Shown in pieces: positions 54,620 through 59,880 of a stretch of 59,880 nucleotides of DNA. The DNA is taken from positions 28,069-87,948 of the forward strand of contig CAZXTN010000002.1 of NCBI GenBank assembly GCA_964643685.1, given 5' to 3'. The notes under the pieces are model-generated. The model saw only the letters and a program-made list of their open reading frames with translations, was not told the DNA's origin and did no database searches. The translations under genes and the position numbers were made by a program. How positions within the stretch are numbered: position 1 is the stretch's first letter; each line of letters begins with the position of its first letter. This DNA comes from Candidatus Micrarchaeota archaeon (GTDB lineage: Archaea; B1Sed10-29; JAJRYS01).

Positions 54620-55964
54620 TTTCAGAGTATTGAATTAAAGCATTTAAGGAGTCAACTGCTTTTGCAGGGGTGTCAAACACAGGCACGTTGTTTTCCTCTA
54701 ATTTTTTAGACAATTCTTTCACGTAGTTTCCTCCTGCTGAGCAAACAACTAAAGGCTTTGTTTTTTTCTTATTGAATTCAATTACGTAGTCAACTACTTT
54801 TGAAGTAATAGGAGCTGTCTGGAACAAAAGAATTAGAAGGATTGCGTCGACGTTTTTGTCTTTGCCTGCTACTTCAAGCGCTTTCTTGAATCTTTCATCG
54901 TCAGCGTCTCCAACCAAGTCAAGAGGATTATGCACCTTAGCATAAGAAGGGAGAATTTTGCTTATTTCTTTTTTGCTTTTTTCAGTTAATTCAGCTAGTT
55001 TCATTTTTTTCAATCCAACTTGGTCAGTTGCCAGGACACCAAAACCCCCACCGTTTGTAATGATTAAAACTTTGTCTCCTTTTGGCAGAGGCTGTTCTGA
55101 CAACACTTTTGCAAAGTCAAACATTTCAATCAAGTGACGAGGACGCATGACTCCTATTTGCTTGAACACCGCGTCATACACTTTATCATCTCCAGCTAAA
55201 CTTCCAGTATGAGAAGAAACTGCTTTGCTTCCTGCTTTTGTCCTGCCTCCTTTGATTACAATCACTGGCTTTTTTTTCGTGACTTTTTTAGCTGTTTTCA
55301 TAAACTTCCTGCCTTCTTTGACTCCCTCCAAGTACATGCAAATTACTTTCGTCTTCTTATCCTCGCCTAAGTACTCTAACAAATCAGTTTCATTCACGTC
55401 AACTGCATTCCCGTAGGACACGAACTTGTTAAAACCGTAACCTTCTGAAGCCATCCAATCCAAAACAACTGAGCCAACTGCACCTGATTGTGAAATGAAA
55501 GAAATGCTTCCTTGCCTAGGACGCCCTAGTTTTTCAGGCGGCAAAAACAAAGTATCTATTTTTGAATAATTGTCAAATACCCCCAGGCAATTTGGCCCGA
55601 TGATGCTGATTTTCTTGCTTCTTTTCTTCAATTCTTCTTCTGCTTGCTTGTTTCCAATTTCGCCGAAACCGCTTGTGATTATGACAGCTGAAGGCACTTT
55701 TTTTTCAATGCATTCATCTAAAACAGTTAATACAAATTTAGCTGGGACAGTTATCACAGCCAAGTCAATTTTTCCAGGAACATCTAGAACGCTTGAGTAT
55801 GCTTTTTTTCCAAGTATCTCATTCGCTTTTGGGTTGACTGGATAAACTTTTTTGCCTGCTTCCACGAAGTTTTTCAAGACAGTGTATCCTATTTTGCCTT
55901 TTTTCCTGCTTGCTCCTATTACTGCAATTGTCTTCGGGTTGAAAAACAAATTCATTTTTTTCAT
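54606..55964 (-). CDS. ADP-forming acetyl-CoA synthetase alpha-type (CoA-binding / succinyl-CoA-synthetase-like) subunit
   Basis: 'IAVIGASRKKGKIGY', 'IIGPNCLG' and phosphohistidine loop 'SSHTGSLAG'. Confidence 0.75.
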   Translation of the reverse strand: MKKMNLFFNPKTIAVIGASRKKGKIGYTVLKNFVEAGKKVYPVNPKANEILGKKAYSSVLDVPGKIDLAVITVPAKFVLTVLDECIEKKVPSAVIITSGFGEIGNKQAEEELKKRSKKISIIGPNCLGVFDNYSKIDTLFLPPEKLGRPRQGSISFISQSGAVGSVVLDWMASEGYGFNKFVSYGNAVDVNETDLLEYLGEDKKTKVICMYLEGVKEGRKFMKTAKKVTKKKPVIVIKGGRTKAGSKAVSSHTGSLAGDDKVYDAVFKQIGVMRPRHLIEMFDFAKVLSEQPLPKGDKVLIITNGGGFGVLATDQVGLKKMKLAELTEKSKKEISKILPSYAKVHNPLDLVGDADDERFKKALEVAGKDKNVDAILLILLFQTAPITSKVVDYVIEFNKKKTKPLVVCSAGGNYVKELSKKLEENNVPVFDTPAKAVDSLNALIQYSEIKKK

Positions 55965-55981
55965 TCAAAATCCCTTCTCCT

Positions 55982-58849
55982 TTACATTAATTTCTTGGCT
56001 TTTTCAATAAGCTCCTGTGCTTGTTTCTCATCAAGGCCTTGGTTTATCAAGTCTTGTTTTACTCTGAATTCAGGCATTGCTTTTAATAACTTGCTTGTCA
56101 AGACAATTGGATCTTCTTCATTTTCTTGTTTTGCTTGACTGTCTTGCGGAAGCGGCGCAGGCGCTGCTTCTGCCTGCGTTTTCACTTGATCCTTGTTTTC
56201 ATCTGCATCTTCGTCTTGTTTTTTAAAGAGGTTCATTATTTTTGCTTTTTGAATTGCTTTTTCCCCTGCTTCTGCGTATTTTTCAAGAACTTGTTTTTTC
56301 ACTTCTTCTTCGCTTAAGCCGTAGTTGAGTTTTTGTTTAATGAACGCAAGGGCTTTTGATTCCTTGAATTCTTCAACAAGGTTTTGTTTTATGAATTCTT
56401 TCATTTTCTGCAGTTTTTGAAGCGCTTCATTTACGTATTGTGTCTTGTTTTCTTTAAGGAATGGGTTTTCTGACTCCAGTTCGCTTATGAGCATTTCTAT
56501 GTCTTGCTTGTTTTGAACAAGATTCTGCTGGAAGAGAACTTGGTCTTCTTTTTTAATCTGCCCTGTCATGAACTCGTAGGCAATGACGCTTTTAAGGTAA
56601 TTTGCTCTTTCTTTTTCAAACAAGAGCCTTTTATATTTTTGAATGAGGTTTTTCTTGTCAAGGATTGACTGTGTTTTAGCTTTAGCATAAGCATACAAGT
56701 AATAACCAATGAATAAAGCAACTGCTGCTGCTGTAAGAAGCCCTAGGATTAATGGAGCATTTTGCTTTGCTTTTTCCACAGCGCTTATTTCATACTGCAC
56801 TTGAGCCTGCTGGCTTAGCTTGTTTCCGTACTCGTCTGTACCTGAAAGGGAAAGGGATTGCTGTCCTTCAGTTGTTCCTAAGTCAAGTTCAGCGAACCAG
56901 CCTTGATCATCTTTTTGCAAAGGCACTTGCTTGCCTTGGCTTGTTATGATTGTAAAGTTTCCTTGCGTGACTTCACTGCCGTCTGGGTACAGGATTTTCA
57001 CGCGCGTGTACTTGTTTTTTTGAACTGTTTCTGGAATAATTACTTTTAAGTCATTGGTTATCGTAATTGTTAAAGGGTAAGGGTAGTTCATTGACTTTGT
57101 TTTAATCAAGAGGTTTAGCGTTTTCGTACCTGCACTTGCGTTTGGTGAAATGTTGAACACAAGCGCGTAGCCGTCTGCTGAGTAAGTGTATGTCTTGTTG
57201 TTCAAAATTATCTCAGCATCTGTTATGAATTTTTCATTCAACTCATCTCTTACTTTTCCTTTAATTACTGCTTCTTGTCCAGGAGCAAACGCCAGCTCGT
57301 CTTTATCTGGCACGAACTTCAATCCCTTGGCTGGACCTAACACGCTTTGCTCCATTGTCCCCTTGTTGCCATACGGGTCTGTGAATGAAACAGCAAACAA
57401 GTAGCTTGAATCATAATCGCTTGCAGTAAACAAAGAGTCAGCCACGTAGTAATCCCCTTGCTTTTCAAAAGACAAGTTAAGCGCTTCTGCTTGCTTTCCG
57501 TTGCTTGTAATGGTTACTGTTCCTTGCGGAGTTCCTGTTGCAACGCTTCCGCTTGGATAAGTTGCTTTTATTTTCAACGAAACTATTTTTCCACTGTGAA
57601 TAACACTAGTTGGTTCATTGTTTTCTAAAAAAACAGGGGTAATGTTTAACGAAAGAGGATTCAAGTTGAAAGTAATTGTTTTAGTGGTTGTCTTATGCTG
57701 GTTTTGCACTGTTGCTTCAGCTGTTATTGTTAAAGAATAAGTTTTTGGAGAGGAGTAGCTTGTCTGCAGTGTTCCAGTGTATTCTCCATTGCTTGTATGA
57801 GTGAATGTAACTTCAGGTGCTGACACAACAGCATTGTCAACTGCGACGTCGTCTGCAGTGACTTTAACTTTAATTGGAATCGAATCGCCTCTCATCGCCT
57901 CAAAAACAGTTGGAGACAAAACACTAACAGTCAAGCCGATGTATTTTGCCACATCTAAGGAGACAGTGGAATTTGCTTCTTGCCCTCCGTTTAAAGCGCT
58001 TACAGTGAAGTTCATGTTGTCACCGTAGCCGCTTACTGTACATGAACCTGAGTAAACTCCTGTGCCTGACTCGCTTAAAGTTGTCGAGCATCCGCCGTTT
58101 ACTGTTACTGTTGCTCCTGTCACTGGTTTTGAATCAACTCCTGTAACTGAAGCTGTGAAGGTAATTGAATCACCTTGTATTACTTCATCTGTTGATTTTG
58201 GACTTGTAATAGTGACTGTTGTTGGTTTCACTAGGGTTTTAAACTGCAGGGAGTCAGTCACCCAATTCCCAGCTAAGTCACTTGCTTTAAAAGTAACTAC
58301 AAATGTTTCTCCTTGATTAGTTGCAGTATAAGGAATTGTAACTGTTTGATCAGAATCGCTCCAAACAGGCGAACTGAACGTAATGTTACTTGAACCACTG
58401 CTAATACTAAAACTCGAAGTATTCATCGGCTCATCAAAAATAAGGGTAATGTTGCTCCCAGTCAAAGGCTCATTGTTTCCAGAAGGAGACTTACTAGAAA
58501 CAGAAGGGGGGGAAGTGTCAATGATAATAAAAGCAGGAGCAGAAGGAGTATTAAAAACAATATCCTTACCACAATCACTACTTGAACTACTGACCTTGTA
58601 AAGATATTTCCCATCTTCTTTTCCACTACGATCTATAAACTTATCAGAAGTTTGAGGAAGGGCATTCCAATTTCCAGTATCTCCTATTTTTTCCTCAACG
58701 AGATAACACCCTGCAAGTGTATTATTCTCCCAAGTAACAGTAAAACTACTAACATTAACCGTATTATTAGTAGGGTAAGTAATAGTAGGGATAGTTGAGC
58801 CTATTGAGGAAAAGAAAATTAATAGAGTTAATAGCAATAATTTTTTCAT
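55982..58849 (-). CDS. Large surface protein: signal peptide, FN3/Ig-like repeats, one TM, ~240-aa cytoplasmic tail
   Basis: 'MKKLLLLTLLIFFSS'. Repeated beta-rich Thr/Ser/Val modules, including 'DTSPPSVSSKSPSG...ITLIFDEPMN' (SbsA-Ig-like). TM 'LILGLLTAAAVALFIGYYLYAY'. The tail is charged. Confidence 0.7.
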   Translation of the reverse strand: MKKLLLLTLLIFFSSIGSTIPTITYPTNNTVNVSSFTVTWENNTLAGCYLVEEKIGDTGNWNALPQTSDKFIDRSGKEDGKYLYKVSSSSSDCGKDIVFNTPSAPAFIIIDTSPPSVSSKSPSGNNEPLTGSNITLIFDEPMNTSSFSISSGSSNITFSSPVWSDSDQTVTIPYTATNQGETFVVTFKASDLAGNWVTDSLQFKTLVKPTTVTITSPKSTDEVIQGDSITFTASVTGVDSKPVTGATVTVNGGCSTTLSESGTGVYSGSCTVSGYGDNMNFTVSALNGGQEANSTVSLDVAKYIGLTVSVLSPTVFEAMRGDSIPIKVKVTADDVAVDNAVVSAPEVTFTHTSNGEYTGTLQTSYSSPKTYSLTITAEATVQNQHKTTTKTITFNLNPLSLNITPVFLENNEPTSVIHSGKIVSLKIKATYPSGSVATGTPQGTVTITSNGKQAEALNLSFEKQGDYYVADSLFTASDYDSSYLFAVSFTDPYGNKGTMEQSVLGPAKGLKFVPDKDELAFAPGQEAVIKGKVRDELNEKFITDAEIILNNKTYTYSADGYALVFNISPNASAGTKTLNLLIKTKSMNYPYPLTITITNDLKVIIPETVQKNKYTRVKILYPDGSEVTQGNFTIITSQGKQVPLQKDDQGWFAELDLGTTEGQQSLSLSGTDEYGNKLSQQAQVQYEISAVEKAKQNAPLILGLLTAAAVALFIGYYLYAYAKAKTQSILDKKNLIQKYKRLLFEKERANYLKSVIAYEFMTGQIKKEDQVLFQQNLVQNKQDIEMLISELESENPFLKENKTQYVNEALQKLQKMKEFIKQNLVEEFKESKALAFIKQKLNYGLSEEEVKKQVLEKYAEAGEKAIQKAKIMNLFKKQDEDADENKDQVKTQAEAAPAPLPQDSQAKQENEEDPIVLTSKLLKAMPEFRVKQDLINQGLDEKQAQELIEKAKKLM

Positions 58850-58887
58850 GATTAGTTAATAAAGAGTAATGAGTTTTTAAACATTTT

Positions 58888-58912
58888 TTAGTTACCAAAT
58901 TTAGTTACCAAA
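58888..58912 (+). repeat. Tandem direct repeat TTAGTTACCAAA x2 in a divergent promoter region
   Basis: Copies at 58888-58899 and 58901-58912. A third related site, TAGTTACA, lies at 58985-58992. AAAGAGTAA occurs three times nearby. Confidence 0.7.
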
Positions 58913-59009
58913 AAGAGTAAAAACAAAGAAAGAGTAATAATTTTGTAAAAAACAATAAAGTTTAAATACTCTGTAACTCACAAATAGTTACAATATGGTG
59001 GGAGAATTC

Positions 59010-59880
59010 ATGGGGAAAAAGAAAATGTTAAAAAATATGAGTATAACACTATTAATTCTCATTAGTTTAATTGTTACTTCATATACAGTTGCACCAAGAA
59101 CACTAGAACCCATCACAAAAACAATTCAAACACAACAACCAATAACAAACTCAGCACCAAACCCACCAACAACAAAAGCAACCACCTTGATGTATTTTAA
59201 TCACATAAGATGGAATTATAAATCATTAGTGATATGGCCTAACCCAGATCCTGCCAATATAAGAAAGACAATATGTAATGCAAGCTTAGGTGCTAAATGC
59301 ACTCAAGTATATTATTATAATTCTACTACTGGACAGTGGATGAAATGGGATATAAATACAGATGATTCATTAAATGACTTTACAAATATAACAAGCGGAT
59401 ATGGATATTGGTTTAATGTAACTAGTACAGGTGAAAGTGATTCAATAACTGGTACTATAATTGATCCAATCACAGGAGAAACCACCTGGAATGAAATGCA
59501 GCCTGGTTGGAACGCAATGGGATGGACTAGCCCAGATGCAATGAACATCTCAGATGCTATTACTCTTATTTATGGAAACTGGTCAAAAAACATAACAAGA
59601 GTCTGGAAGTATGAAGATGACAATGAATCACTACCACAAGACACCCAAGACATAATTAAACAATATTGGCCAGAAAATAATTCAGCACAGTTTGAACCTG
59701 GAAAGGCATATTGGGTTTGCATTGAAAATGATTCCAATCGTGGTTATTGTGAAACAAGCGAACCTCCTTTGATGCCTTGGCAGAATCAACGTCCGGAGTT
59801 ATACAATGGAAGTGTGAATAATACAAATGCTAAAACAACAGATTCCCTAGAATTCACTGTTTATTATAAAGATGCTGACA
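59010..59880 (+). CDS. Secreted/surface protein, 3'-truncated by the window edge (not in the ORF track)
   Basis: I read this frame open from the ATG at 59010 to the window end (290 codons, no stop). Signal-peptide-like 'MGKKKMLKNMSITLLILISLIVTSYT'. Many N-x-S/T sequons and Trp-rich repeats. Confidence 0.55.
   Translation, partial: MGKKKMLKNMSITLLILISLIVTSYTVAPRTLEPITKTIQTQQPITNSAPNPPTTKATTLMYFNHIRWNYKSLVIWPNPDPANIRKTICNASLGAKCTQVYYYNSTTGQWMKWDINTDDSLNDFTNITSGYGYWFNVTSTGESDSITGTIIDPITGETTWNEMQPGWNAMGWTSPDAMNISDAITLIYGNWSKNITRVWKYEDDNESLPQDTQDIIKQYWPENNSAQFEPGKAYWVCIENDSNRGYCETSEPPLMPWQNQRPELYNGSVNNTNAKTTDSLEFTVYYKDAD

Overview
Visibly AT-rich archaeal chromosomal segment, most consistent with a small-genome DPANN-type archaeon. 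The evidence is an archaeal 16S 5' end (ATTCCAGTTGATCCTGC), intron-bearing tRNAs, an intron in the 23S gene, many Lys/Glu-rich proteins and archaeal TATA boxes. The window holds about 55 protein genes. It has one rRNA operon: 16S, tRNA-Ala with two non-canonical insertions, 23S interrupted by a ~750-nt intron encoding a single-motif LAGLIDADG endonuclease, and a divergent 5S-like element. Two further tRNAs are present: Arg-UCU, and Val-GAC with a canonical intron. Housekeeping genes include smc, purF, lig, glmS, leuS (bacterial type), aspS, argS, mre11, SufC/SufBD with a NifX-like protein and Mrp/ApbC, dCMP deaminase, and a small Sec61-beta/SecG gene absent from the ORF track. Accessory content worth attention: (1) three tandem signal-anchored paralogues with a shared 'YY - TM - CxxPG' architecture, which I cannot assign to a characterised family; (2) an archaeosortase-like gene, a 616-aa coiled-coil protein and three type-IV-pilin-like genes, two of which share a 100%-identical 5' block but have diverged 3' parts; (3) an MC1 chromatin protein with an H1-like lysine tail; (4) an orphan HerA/FtsK-type ATPase; (5) a Cys-type FdhF-like molybdoenzyme; (6) by-eye substitutions at normally invariant peptidyl-transferase-centre positions of the 23S. 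I saw no CRISPR array, transposase or integrase. All family calls come from motif recognition by eye and need profile searches to confirm.
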